DNA of 64,000 bases from an uncultured Bacilli bacterium. GTDB taxonomy: Bacteria; Bacillota_I; Bacilli_A; RF39; UBA660. The position numbers and the translations under genes were made by a program. Positions 27,302-37,493 of this stretch are shown here, piece by piece; within the stretch, counting starts at the first letter, position 1; every line of letters begins with the position of its first letter. The stretch is taken from contig CAKOSP010000005.1 in NCBI GenBank assembly GCA_934102335.1, forward strand, positions 63-64,062, read 5' to 3'. Under the pieces are notes generated by a model that saw nothing but the letters and a program-made list of their open reading frames with translations, ran no database searches and was not told where the DNA came from.

Positions 27302-28342
27302 TTAGTATTTATAGGCTATTGCGCAAATTGGGTTAATTCTTTTTCTGGTAAGTTTAATACAGTTATCTACAATATTTTTATAATTATTGTCTATTTGCTC
27401 TTGATTGTAACACATATGTATATATGCTTTTAATATTAGCATTTTGTCATTTTCAGTAAAGGTTTCTATTGGGTTTTCTTCAGTTCGAGGATTTTTTAAT
27501 CTTTTTAAAATTATTTGCTCATCTGGGGTTAATCCAATTGCTTTGTCTTTACATTCAAAATATATTAGAGAATTTAAGTATAAATCTTCTAGAAACACTT
27601 TATTATTTGAAAAGATTTCTTCGAATGACAAACTTAAAGGACTAGGTATATCATTACTTATTTCATCAAAGATATTATAACTAAGCATACTTAGTTTTGT
27701 ATTCTCATCAATCTGAGCTTCTAAAAAAATACCATCTAAATCAGTTAAAACTAATTTATACAAATTTGGTAAAAATAAAGTTTGATTTTCTTCTATAAAA
27801 GTTTCATGTTTTTCGATGTCATTTTCTGATTTTTTTGATAATTCATTGGTAGTTTCTTCAGTGAATTCGATTTCATCTAGGTTATATATGTCATCTGATT
27901 CTTCATAACTTGTGTTTAAAATATTTATTACATTAAAGTAACTTTTGATTAATAGTATTAAAATTCTTTCATCAATAATTTCATTAAAAATTTTTTCGTT
28001 ATTTTTTAAATCATATAAAGCATTAACGTACTCTTTTTTAATGGGTAAGCTTTCATCATTAAATTCTTGATGATAATTATATATTTCATAGAATATATAT
28101 AAAATAAGTCTTCTCTTTTTTGAGAAAATATGAATATTTTGTTTTAAATAATTAGCCATTATTCTTAGCGTCTCTTGTTTTAATATTCTTTCTCTTAATT
28201 GATTCATTTCATTTTCAAATTCTTCTTCTGTTAATTTATCTTCAATGTAGTATTGAACTCTTTCGTCTAAGTTTGCATCTACAATTTCTGATATGTAAAA
28301 AAACAAATTATATAATTCGATATCGTAATTATTTTCTTTCAT
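27302..28342 (-). CDS. Hypothetical acidic protein, 346 aa
   Basis: A complete ORF with no motif. Confidence 0.5.
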   Translation of the reverse strand: MKENNYDIELYNLFFYISEIVDANLDERVQYYIEDKLTEEEFENEMNQLRERILKQETLRIMANYLKQNIHIFSKKRRLILYIFYEIYNYHQEFNDESLPIKKEYVNALYDLKNNEKIFNEIIDERILILLIKSYFNVINILNTSYEESDDIYNLDEIEFTEETTNELSKKSENDIEKHETFIEENQTLFLPNLYKLVLTDLDGIFLEAQIDENTKLSMLSYNIFDEISNDIPSPLSLSFEEIFSNNKVFLEDLYLNSLIYFECKDKAIGLTPDEQIILKRLKNPRTEENPIETFTENDKMLILKAYIHMCYNQEQIDNNYKNIVDNCIKLTRKRINPICAIAYKY

Positions 28343-28440
28343 AGATATTCCTCTTTTTTAGTGTATATTATATATTTAAATTCTTTTAAAATCAATTAAT
28401 TTCTAATGATTACTATCATATATTTAAAAAGAGGTGAACA

Positions 28441-29211
28441 ATGAAATTTTTTAAGAGTATTGGTTTATTATGTTTAGTTTTGTTTTCTTTTTTCTATGTT
28501 GATAAGGTTGCGACACTTGGGCTATATAAAAATCAGTTGTATAAAAAAATAGTTAATGAAAGTGTTAATTATAATGTGTTGCCCGTTAATGCATTAATTG
28601 AAGATGAATTTATAATACCAGGGCTAAATGGTAAGACTGTAAATGATAAAAGAAGTTATCAAGAAATGAAAAGATATAATACTTTTAATGAAATGTTTTT
28701 GCAATTTGATGAAATTAAGCCAGATATTTCTCTTACTAACAATAAAGATAAAATAATTAAAAAAGGTAATATTCAAAAACAAGAAGTAGCTTTTATTATA
28801 CAAGATAATGTACAAGTTAAAAATTATTTTTTGAAAAATAATATTAAAGCTAACATTTTAGTAAATATTGAGGAATTTTCCTCTGATTCTTTTTTAGAAC
28901 AAATTAATAATGATTTTAACAATTATAAAAAATTGGATAATTTATTTAAAAAATATAATTTAAATAATGATTTATGTTTTAGTTTGTCTAAAAAAGATTT
29001 TTGCATGGCACAGAAAAAATATTTAATTGAATATACATATAAGGTTGATAATGATATTTTAACTTTAAAAAATACTGTAGAAAATGGTAATATTTATTAT
29101 ATTAATGGTGATAGTAAGCTAGATAATGTAATTATTTTAATGAATCATATTAAATATAAGGGTTTACAATTTGTTTATTTAAGTGAACTTATAAGTGAGC
29201 AAAGAGATTGA
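28441..29211 (+). CDS. Hypothetical secreted protein, 256 aa
   Basis: N-terminal signal peptide. Confidence 0.5.
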   Translation: MKFFKSIGLLCLVLFSFFYVDKVATLGLYKNQLYKKIVNESVNYNVLPVNALIEDEFIIPGLNGKTVNDKRSYQEMKRYNTFNEMFLQFDEIKPDISLTNNKDKIIKKGNIQKQEVAFIIQDNVQVKNYFLKNNIKANILVNIEEFSSDSFLEQINNDFNNYKKLDNLFKKYNLNNDLCFSLSKKDFCMAQKKYLIEYTYKVDNDILTLKNTVENGNIYYINGDSKLDNVIILMNHIKYKGLQFVYLSELISEQRD

Positions 29212-29280
29212 TTTATTTTTAATTTTTTGATATTATTATGTCACCAGAAAACTTTTTTATTAAAATTAGAGGGTGATATT

Positions 29281-30915
29281 ATGTGTAAAATAAAAATTTT
29301 TGGTCTGGGCGGATTAGACGAAAATGGTAAGAATTGTTATGTAGTGGAAGTAGATAACGATATTTTTGTATTAGATTGCGGTATTAAATTTGCTTCTGGA
29401 AATTTATTGGGAATTGATTATATTGTACCTGATTTTGATTATCTTGTAAAAAATCAAAAACGTATTAAAGGTGTTTTTATAACTCATGCTCATGATGAAA
29501 ATATGGGAAGTGTAAAGGATTTAATTGAGTTAATACCACATATAAATGTTTACGCTACTAAGTTTACTAAATTTATGCTTTTAGAAAATGGTGTTCCTAG
29601 TAAGAATATTATTGAAATTAAGGCTCATAAAAAAATTAACTTTGGAGCTACTTCAGTTTTTCCAATGTCTGTATCCCATAGTGTGCCAGATTCAGTAATG
29701 TATTGTATTAATACAAAGGATGGGGCAATATGTTATACTGGTGATTTTTTAATAGATCCTACTATGTCAAATGGTTATGATTCCGATTTAGGAAAAATAG
29801 CATATGTAGGAAAGCAAGGAGTTCTCGCTTTAATGTGTGAATCTGCTTTTTCAGAAAATCAAGGTCATACATCTCCAAAACATCATTTATATGGCCATTT
29901 TAAATCAATTATTAAACATCATGATGGTAGAATTTTATTTTCTGTGTTAACAAACCATTTATTTACAATAGAGGAAATATTTAAAGCCGCAGAAAATACT
30001 CATAGAAAAGTTGTAGTTATGGGTAAAAAATTGCAAAATGTAGTAAATTTTTCGAAAGAAAATGGATATTTAAATTTTAGTGATGATTTACTTGGAGACT
30101 TATCAAACATTCATGATTCAAATTCAATATTATTAATTGCTGATGATAGGGCAAATCCTTATGCTAATTTAAATAAAATTTTAAAAGGATATGATAAATT
30201 TGTTAATTTAAAACATGATGATACAATTGCTTTTGCAGAACCAAGATATGATAGTACTGAAAAATTATTGGTTAAATTAGAAAATGACTTTGCAATGTTT
30301 GGTTGTGATATTGTTGATATTCCTAAGGATAAAATGGTGTTACACCATGCTTCTAGTGAAGATTTAATGTTAATGATTAAATTGTTGAATCCTACATATT
30401 ATATGCCTGTACGTGGTGAATATCGTTATATGGTTGGTAATGCCAATTTAGCTAGTAAATTAGGTATGAAACCGGAAAATATCTTGCTTAAACAAAATGG
30501 TGATGTTGTAACTATTCAAGACAAAAAATTATTAGATAATTTTGAACATATGAAAGTTAATTCTATTTTAATTGATGGTAATAGTAATGATGATATTGGT
30601 GAACTTGTTATAAAAGACAGAGAAATGCTTTCAGAAAATGGAATTGTTCTAATAAGTGCGACTATTTCTAAAAAAGATAAACATATTATAGTTGGCCCTG
30701 AGATTACGACAAGAGGATTTATTTATGTTAAAGATTCATATGATTTAATTGAGGAAATGAAAAAAATTAGTTTGGAAGTTATAACTCATAATATTAATGC
30801 CCATTATGTTGATTATAATCAAATTAAGTTAGATATTAGAGAAAAATTAAGTGACTTTTTATATGAACAAACTGAATGCAAGCCGATGATTATTGCGGTG
30901 GTTCAAGAAGTTTAA
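29281..30915 (+). CDS. rnj: Ribonuclease J (metallo-beta-lactamase / beta-CASP)
   Basis: FITHAHDENMG motif, beta-CASP region and C-terminal domain. ATG at 29281 follows a GAGGGTGA RBS. Confidence 0.8.
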   Translation: MCKIKIFGLGGLDENGKNCYVVEVDNDIFVLDCGIKFASGNLLGIDYIVPDFDYLVKNQKRIKGVFITHAHDENMGSVKDLIELIPHINVYATKFTKFMLLENGVPSKNIIEIKAHKKINFGATSVFPMSVSHSVPDSVMYCINTKDGAICYTGDFLIDPTMSNGYDSDLGKIAYVGKQGVLALMCESAFSENQGHTSPKHHLYGHFKSIIKHHDGRILFSVLTNHLFTIEEIFKAAENTHRKVVVMGKKLQNVVNFSKENGYLNFSDDLLGDLSNIHDSNSILLIADDRANPYANLNKILKGYDKFVNLKHDDTIAFAEPRYDSTEKLLVKLENDFAMFGCDIVDIPKDKMVLHHASSEDLMLMIKLLNPTYYMPVRGEYRYMVGNANLASKLGMKPENILLKQNGDVVTIQDKKLLDNFEHMKVNSILIDGNSNDDIGELVIKDREMLSENGIVLISATISKKDKHIIVGPEITTRGFIYVKDSYDLIEEMKKISLEVITHNINAHYVDYNQIKLDIREKLSDFLYEQTECKPMIIAVVQEV

Positions 30916-30946
30916 GAGTATTTTTAATAAAATACTCTTTTTTTAT
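30914..30946 (+). terminator. Intrinsic terminator aagagta...tactctt followed by ttttttt
   Basis: Direct reading. Confidence 0.7.
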
Positions 30947-31006
30947 TTAAAAAATGTTTGACTTTTACATAATATTTATATATAATTAATTCGTACCGAA
31001 AAAAAT

Positions 31007-31082
31007 GCCCGTTTAGCTCAGTCGGTAGAGCGCACGGCTGTTAACCGTTAGGTCGTAGGTTCGAGTCCTACAACGGGCGCCA
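31007..31082 (+). tRNA. tRNA-Asn (anticodon GTT)
   Basis: Acceptor gcccgtt/aacgggc, anticodon loop ctGTTaa, T-arm gtagg-ttcgagt-cctac, CCA end. Confidence 0.9.
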
Positions 31083-31184
31083 TAAGAAATTAACATACTT
31101 TATGTATGTTTTTTTGTGTCAATAAATAGTAATAAAAATTGATATTTTATTTAAATATAGTTATAATTGATTTAGGGTGATAAT

Positions 31185-32105
31185 ATGCCAGAAGAAAAAG
31201 TTAGTATTTTACAAAGGTATGGAGAAGATTTAACAAGTAAGGAATATATTACTGATCCGGCAATAGGCAGAGATAAGGAAATTAAAGAGTGTATATTAAC
31301 TCTTTTAACACCAGAGAAAAGTGCTTTATTAGTTGGTAAACCTGGTATTGGTAAAACTGCTATAGTTGAGGGAATTTCTTATCGAATTCAAAAAAATGAG
31401 GTACCTGATGCAATTAAAAATCATAAAATTATAAAAGTTAATATTACAAGTTTAATAGGTTCAACAAATAGTGAGGGTCAAACTGAAAGTAGAATTGATT
31501 TGTTAGTTCATGAATTGGCTGCACTTCCAAATACAATTGTTTTTATTGATGAAACTCATTTGTTGATAAATAAAGATGGTGGTATGGACTTTGCTAATAT
31601 GTTAAAAGCAGGATTAGATCGTGGAACTATAAAAATGATTGGCGCTACTACTACTGAAGAGTATGAACATTATATTTTAAGAGATAGAGCTTTTTTGAGA
31701 AGATTTCAAAAAATTGATGTTGAAGAAGCGGATAAAGAAACAACAGTTAAGATACTGATGGGAACTTTACCTAAACTTGAGAAAAAAGTTGGTGTTAAAG
31801 TTGCTTACGCACCGTATGTTATTCAAAAAATTATGACATTTATTGTAGAAATGACTGACGAATATAAAAGAGTATATGAAGTGTCTAGTAGGTATCCTGA
31901 TATATGTTTAGCAATTGTTTCTAATGCTTTAACTTATGCTGCCTATGATAATTCATCGGTTGTTACCTTAAAATATTTTTATAAAGCAATTTGTAATACT
32001 AAAAGTATTTATGATGATGCAAAACAACAAGAAATTGAGCGCTTTAAAGTAGAATTTAAAGATATGATTTTAACGGAAGGAATTGATTTAAATGACAAAA
32101 ATTAA
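31185..32105 (+). CDS. Stand-alone ClpA/ClpB D1-like AAA+ ATPase (no N-domain, M-domain or D2)
   Basis: LQRYGEDLT...IGRDKEI...[18 protein letters not shown]...VPDAIK...IVFIDETH...GATT...[10 protein letters not shown] aligns to ClpB residues ~160-400. Confidence 0.7.
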   Translation: MPEEKVSILQRYGEDLTSKEYITDPAIGRDKEIKECILTLLTPEKSALLVGKPGIGKTAIVEGISYRIQKNEVPDAIKNHKIIKVNITSLIGSTNSEGQTESRIDLLVHELAALPNTIVFIDETHLLINKDGGMDFANMLKAGLDRGTIKMIGATTTEEYEHYILRDRAFLRRFQKIDVEEADKETTVKILMGTLPKLEKKVGVKVAYAPYVIQKIMTFIVEMTDEYKRVYEVSSRYPDICLAIVSNALTYAAYDNSSVVTLKYFYKAICNTKSIYDDAKQQEIERFKVEFKDMILTEGIDLNDKN

Positions 32106-33141
32106 AATAGTTCAGGTTGGTTGTGGAAAAATGAGTAAGTATACGATGAAGTATGCTTTTGACAAAAATTATGAAATTGTTGGCGCAGTAGATATTAATA
32201 AAGATATCATTGGTCAAGACATAGGCCAAATTATGGATTCGGAAGAAAAAGGTGTAGTAATAGAACCTCTTAAGAATTTAGATAATTTACTTAAAGATGT
32301 AAAACCTGATATTTGTATTGTTACTACAATGAGTTTATTAAATGATATTAAAGATGTTGTTAGAACAATTGTAAGTAATAAGGTAAATGTTATTACAACC
32401 TGTGAAGAAGCTTTTTTTGCTAGTAATAGTAATCCTAGTGTTTTTAATGAACTTGATGTTTTAGCAAGAGCAAATGGTGTTACTATAACTGGTTGCGGTT
32501 ATCAAGATATTTTCTGGGGTAACATGGTAAGTGTTATAGCCTCTTCAACACATAATATTAAAAAAATAAAAGGTTCTAGTTCATATAATGTTGAGGATTA
32601 TGGAATCGCTCTTGCCAAAGCACATGGTGCAGGACTTTCTATTTCTCAATTTGAAAAAGATGTTGCTAGTGCTGATGATATTTCTTTAGAACAAAGACAA
32701 AAACTTATAAATGAAGGTGAGTTTTTACCAAGTTATATGTGGAATACTGTTGGTTGGTTAGCAGATAAATTAAATCTTCATATAACAGATATTAATCAAA
32801 AATGTGTCCCAAAGATAGCTGAAGAAGATATTTATTCTGAAACTTTAAAGATGAATATTAAAAAAGGTGACGCGACTGGTATGAGTGCAGTTGTAACAGC
32901 TCATACAAAAGAAAATATTGTTATAGAAGCTGAATGTATTGGTAAAGTATATACAAAAGATGAATGTGATAAAAATATATGGACTGTATATGGGGAGCCA
33001 GATACTACTGTTGTGGTTGAAAGACCTAGTACTGTAGAGTTGACTTGTGCTGATGTTATTAATAGATTAGAAAATGTTATAGCATCTAAACCTGGATTTG
33101 TTTCTACAAGTAAATTACCTGAACCTAAATATGTAGCTTAG
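32092..33141 (+). CDS. NAD(P)-dependent oxidoreductase, DapB-like / 2,4-diaminopentanoate-dehydrogenase-like
   Basis: N-terminal Rossmann fold [11 protein letters not shown]. Overlaps the upstream gene by 14 nt. Confidence 0.55.
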   Translation: MTKIKIVQVGCGKMSKYTMKYAFDKNYEIVGAVDINKDIIGQDIGQIMDSEEKGVVIEPLKNLDNLLKDVKPDICIVTTMSLLNDIKDVVRTIVSNKVNVITTCEEAFFASNSNPSVFNELDVLARANGVTITGCGYQDIFWGNMVSVIASSTHNIKKIKGSSSYNVEDYGIALAKAHGAGLSISQFEKDVASADDISLEQRQKLINEGEFLPSYMWNTVGWLADKLNLHITDINQKCVPKIAEEDIYSETLKMNIKKGDATGMSAVVTAHTKENIVIEAECIGKVYTKDECDKNIWTVYGEPDTTVVVERPSTVELTCADVINRLENVIASKPGFVSTSKLPEPKYVA

Positions 33142-33172
33142 TGCTACATATTTAATTTATTATGGAGGAAAA

Positions 33173-34210
33173 ATGATAAAAAGATTACGGTTAAAAGCTG
33201 TTTTAAATATAATTTTATCTGTGATTGTCATTTTATTGTGTTTTGTACCACTTATATATAAAGGATATACATTTAATGATTTATTTGGTAATTATTGTGT
33301 TGTAAATGAATTTGATGATGTAAAAAAATGTATAGATCGAAAAGATTACTTTGTTAAGATTAAAACTGATAGTGTCATTGATCCTAAGTATGTATTTAGT
33401 TTAAATAGTAGTGGGGATGATGTTGCTGCTTTATTAGATGTAGGGTTAAGAATTAGTGATAATGAAGAAGATGGCTATGTATCTTTAATAGGTATTTTGC
33501 CTTTAAAAAGTGCGGCTGAATTTTTAGAAAAGCATAATAATAGTCAAACTGTTGAATTTGTGACCCATTTAGGTTCATTTACTAATGAAGATTATAAACA
33601 AGGATTTGATTACATCAAAAATAGTTATATAGATTATTATACTTCTGAGGAATATGCTAAAAATTATGGAATAATTTTTTCGGAAGAACAAGCTCAGGCA
33701 TTTATTTTAGACATTAACTTTGATTCTTATACTTATTCTAATTCATTATGGTATATGTATTTATATGTATTTATTTTGCTTTTACCAATTTTAATCTTTA
33801 TGATCAATTTAATAATCAATCTTTTTAAATTGATTTTCCCTTTTAGATCAAAGAGATTTAATGGATTAAATAAAAAAGAAATTTTAGCAATTTTGAGTAA
33901 TAATGCTGATGACAGTTTGTTATTTTTTAATAAGAATGTGACAATTGGGAAAAAGTATTTTTATATAACAACTAAAAACTTAGAAATAATGGGTAAAACA
34001 AAAGATATTGTATGGGTATATTCTAAAAAAAGTAAAAGGAAGTATTATTTGGTGATAAACTTAAATAATAAAAATAGCTTTGAAGTATGTCTTTTAAAGA
34101 AAGATATTATTAATATTATTGATAATCTTAAAGAAAATCAAAAAATTATAACAACTTTTAGCTTAGATAATTATAAAAAATATAAGAAAAATCCTAAAGG
34201 AATGGTGTAG
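33173..34210 (+). CDS. Hypothetical membrane protein, 345 aa
   Basis: An N-terminal TM helix and an internal TM helix, no motif. Confidence 0.5.
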   Translation: MIKRLRLKAVLNIILSVIVILLCFVPLIYKGYTFNDLFGNYCVVNEFDDVKKCIDRKDYFVKIKTDSVIDPKYVFSLNSSGDDVAALLDVGLRISDNEEDGYVSLIGILPLKSAAEFLEKHNNSQTVEFVTHLGSFTNEDYKQGFDYIKNSYIDYYTSEEYAKNYGIIFSEEQAQAFILDINFDSYTYSNSLWYMYLYVFILLLPILIFMINLIINLFKLIFPFRSKRFNGLNKKEILAILSNNADDSLLFFNKNVTIGKKYFYITTKNLEIMGKTKDIVWVYSKKSKRKYYLVINLNNKNSFEVCLLKKDIINIIDNLKENQKIITTFSLDNYKKYKKNPKGMV

Positions 34211-34211
34211 T

Positions 34212-34838
34212 ATGGAAAAGAAAAGAAAATTTTTTAAAACTTTATTAGTTATAGTTTTATCGTTAATTTTTATTTATTTAACAGTATGCGTTATTTTTAA
34301 TAAACAAATTTATATTGATACTATATTTTATAATTTAATAGTGGTTAATTTAAGAAGTTTAAATTTAACTAATTTTTTTAAAGTAATTACTTATATGGGA
34401 AGTAGTTATATGTATATAGTACTTTTAGTATTGGGTTTGATATTTATAAAAAATAAAGATATTCCTCTTTTGATGATAGGCAATGTAGTTGCATCAGCAC
34501 TTTTAATGTCATTTTTAAAGAATATAATAAAAAGACCTAGACCTGATTATAAATTAATTGCTGAAAATGGTTTTAGTTTTCCATCTGGTCATTCTTTAAA
34601 TGCAGTGGTATTTTATGGACTTTTGATATACTTAATTCATAGTAATGTTAAAAGTAAGAAAATTAGAATTAGTTTAGAAATCATATTTACTTTGATAATA
34701 CTTCTTATAGGTTTAAGTAGAATTTATTTAGGAGTTCATTATGCTAGTGATGTATTAGCAGGATTTGCTTTTGGATTTATATGGCTTTACTTTTTTATAA
34801 ATGTGGTTTACAAGAAGGTGTTAAGTGATGAAAAGTAG
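34212..34838 (+). CDS. PAP2-family phosphatase (undecaprenyl-diphosphatase-like)
   Basis: KRPRP, PSGHS and SRIYLGVHYASDV motifs. Confidence 0.8.
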   Translation: MEKKRKFFKTLLVIVLSLIFIYLTVCVIFNKQIYIDTIFYNLIVVNLRSLNLTNFFKVITYMGSSYMYIVLLVLGLIFIKNKDIPLLMIGNVVASALLMSFLKNIIKRPRPDYKLIAENGFSFPSGHSLNAVVFYGLLIYLIHSNVKSKKIRISLEIIFTLIILLIGLSRIYLGVHYASDVLAGFAFGFIWLYFFINVVYKKVLSDEK

Positions 34839-35190
34839 TAAGTCACCACTTTACAAAAGTTTTGGCTATGCTTTTACAGGTATTTTGTCAGCTTTAAAAT
34901 CAGAAAGAAATTTGGTAATTCATTTTGTTATAATGAGTTTAGTAATAACTTTTGGATTTATGTTTGAAATAAGTGTTTTAGAGTGGATTATTTGTATGAT
35001 TATGTTTGCACTGGTTATATCTGCTGAGTTATTTAATACAGCGTTTGAAATGTTAGTGGATATGACTGAACCCAATGTAAATAAAAAAGCAAAATTTTGT
35101 AAAGATGTTGCAGCTGGAGCAGTGTTATTTAATGCTACTATAGCTTTTATAGTGGGATTGATGATTTTTATACCTTATATTTTTAATTAA
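34825..35190 (+). CDS. dgkA: Diacylglycerol/undecaprenol kinase (DgkA family)
   Basis: ERN...NTAFEMLVD motifs and three TM helices. Confidence 0.75.
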   Translation: MMKSSKSPLYKSFGYAFTGILSALKSERNLVIHFVIMSLVITFGFMFEISVLEWIICMIMFALVISAELFNTAFEMLVDMTEPNVNKKAKFCKDVAAGAVLFNATIAFIVGLMIFIPYIFN

Positions 35191-35231
35191 TATTTACATA
35201 CTAAGTTATGTTTTTACGTAAAATTTAAGAG

Positions 35232-35255
35232 AGTCTATTAATTAGACTTTTTTAT
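35232..35255 (+). terminator. Intrinsic terminator agtcta-ttaa-tagact followed by tttttt
   Basis: Direct reading. Confidence 0.65.
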
Positions 35256-35305
35256 TTACAATAAAGCTTTGTTGATGTATAATCTTTTTGTTAGGAGGCT
35301 AACAA

Positions 35306-35740
35306 ATGAATTTGAAGATTATAAAATCCATTAAAGATTTAGATATATTAATTGGAAGAAATATTATAAAAGATAAAAAAGACAAATTACTTCCTCCATA
35401 TCAAATGGCTATTGTTGGTTATTTAGTAAAACATCAAAATGATAGTGTTTATCAAAAAGATTTGGAGAAAAAATTTGGATTTAGAAGGTCGACTTTATCT
35501 GGAATTCTTGATACAATGGAAAAACATGATTTGATTAAAAGAGAAGATTGTTTAATAGATCATCGTAGTAAAAAGATAGTTTTAGGTGACCGAACTAAGA
35601 TTGCCTATGAAAATGCATTGAATAATCTTGGGGATTTATCTAATAAATTAGTTAGTGGTATTAGTGAAAACGAATTGAATATATTTAATTCTGTAATGGA
35701 AAATATGATTAAAAATATGAAGGAGAATTTAAATGATTAA
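35306..35740 (+). CDS. MarR-family transcriptional regulator
   Basis: Winged helix-turn-helix QKDLEKKFGFRRSTLSGILDTMEKHDLIKRE. Confidence 0.8.
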   Translation: MNLKIIKSIKDLDILIGRNIIKDKKDKLLPPYQMAIVGYLVKHQNDSVYQKDLEKKFGFRRSTLSGILDTMEKHDLIKREDCLIDHRSKKIVLGDRTKIAYENALNNLGDLSNKLVSGISENELNIFNSVMENMIKNMKENLND

Positions 35741-37493
35741 ATTATTAAAGAAATTTACAAAAAAAGATTTATTTTTAATACTATTTTGTGTTGCACTTGT
35801 AGTATTTCAAGTATGGTTGGATTTGCGTTTGCCAGAATATATGAGTCAAATAACTAAGTTAATTCAAACTGAAGATAGTTTGATGAAAGATATTTTAATA
35901 TCTGGTGGTCATATGGTATTATGTGCTTTTGGTTCTTTGGCTTCAGCAGTTTGTGTGGGTTATTTATCTTCTTTGTTATCCGCTAATTTTTCTAAAAATA
36001 TAAGAAGAAGTATATTTGAAAAAGTAGAAAGTTTTGGTATAGCTGAAATAAAGCAGTTTTCAACTAGTAGTTTAATTACAAGAACAACAAATGATGTCAC
36101 TCAAGTAGAAATGTTTATAAGTATTGGTTTACAACTTTTAATTAAAGCTCCAATTATGGCGGTTTGGGCAGTTTTAAAAATCATAGGTAAAAGTACGGAG
36201 TGGAGTTTACTTACAGGAGCTGGAGTTGTTATTCTTTTAATAACAATAATATTAATTATGATTGTGGTTGTTCCAAGATTTGCTATTGTTCAGAAATTAA
36301 CTGATCAAGTTAATGGGGTTACAAGAGAAAATCTTACAGGTATTCGTGTAATAAGGGCTTTTAATGCTGATGAATTCCAACAAAATAGATTTAATAATGT
36401 AAATAATAAATTAACTAAAACACAATTATTTAATCAAAGAGTGTTTGCTATTATGCAACCAATAATGAATTTTGTAATGCACTTTTTAACACTTGGTATT
36501 TATTTTATTGGAGCAATATTAATTGATAAAGCTGGTATGGTAGATAAAGTAAATTTATTTAGTAATATGGTGGTTTTCACTAGTTATGGAATGCAAGTTA
36601 TAATGTCATTTTTAATGCTTGCTATGACATTTATGATGTGGCCTCGTGCTAAAGTTTCTGCAAATCGTATAACGGAAGTTTTAGATAGTGATATTTCTAT
36701 AAAAGATGGAACTTTTGATGGTAATACTTCATTAAAAGGAACTGTTGAATTTAAAAATGTTAGTTTTAAATATCCTGATGCAGATGAATATTTATTGAAA
36801 GATATATCTTTTAAAGTAAATAAAGGTGAAACAATTGCTTTTATAGGATCAACAGGATCAGGAAAGTCAACTTTAATTAATTTAGTTCCTAGACTTTATG
36901 ACGCTACTGATGGTGAGGTATTAGTAGATGGGGTAAATGTTAAGGAGTATGAATTGAGTAAGCTTAATAATAAAATTGGATATATTCCTCAAAAGGCAGT
37001 AATGTTTACTGGCTCAGTTAATGATAATGTCGCTTATGGACAAAGAGGTAGAGAAAAACCTAGCCAAAAAGAAATTGAAGAAGCTATAAGAGTTGCTCAA
37101 GCAGAAGATTTTGTTACTAAAATGGATAAAAAGTATGAATCTCATATTGCTAGGGGAGGAACCAATGTATCTGGTGGTCAAAAACAAAGATTGGCTATAG
37201 CTAGGGCAATAGCAAGAGATCCAGAAATATATATTTTTGATGATTCTTTTTCAGCTTTGGATTATCAAACTGACGCCACTTTAAGAAAAGAATTAAAAAA
37301 ACATACTAAAAATGCTACTTGCATGATTGTAGCTCAAAGAATTGGCACTATTATTAATGCTGATAAAATTATGGTTTTAGATAATGGAAAATGTGTGGGA
37401 ATAGGTACACATAAAGAATTATTAAAAAATTGTGATATTTATAAGGAGATTGCTTTATCACAATTAAGTGAGGAGGAACTTTTAAATGCCTAG
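35733..37493 (+). CDS. ABC exporter, fused permease and ATPase, half-transporter 1
   Basis: Six TM helices plus Walker A GSTGSGKST, LSGGQKQR and Walker B IFDDSFSALD. Confidence 0.9.
   Translation: MIKLLKKFTKKDLFLILFCVALVVFQVWLDLRLPEYMSQITKLIQTEDSLMKDILISGGHMVLCAFGSLASAVCVGYLSSLLSANFSKNIRRSIFEKVESFGIAEIKQFSTSSLITRTTNDVTQVEMFISIGLQLLIKAPIMAVWAVLKIIGKSTEWSLLTGAGVVILLITIILIMIVVVPRFAIVQKLTDQVNGVTRENLTGIRVIRAFNADEFQQNRFNNVNNKLTKTQLFNQRVFAIMQPIMNFVMHFLTLGIYFIGAILIDKAGMVDKVNLFSNMVVFTSYGMQVIMSFLMLAMTFMMWPRAKVSANRITEVLDSDISIKDGTFDGNTSLKGTVEFKNVSFKYPDADEYLLKDISFKVNKGETIAFIGSTGSGKSTLINLVPRLYDATDGEVLVDGVNVKEYELSKLNNKIGYIPQKAVMFTGSVNDNVAYGQRGREKPSQKEIEEAIRVAQAEDFVTKMDKKYESHIARGGTNVSGGQKQRLAIARAIARDPEIYIFDDSFSALDYQTDATLRKELKKHTKNATCMIVAQRIGTIINADKIMVLDNGKCVGIGTHKELLKNCDIYKEIALSQLSEEELLNA

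Noticed and set aside
27444-27680. Plus-strand ORF inside minus-strand gene 27302..28342
   Set aside because: Antisense overlap with the longer ORF.
28624-28815. Antisense ORF in 28441..29211
   Set aside because: Spurious.
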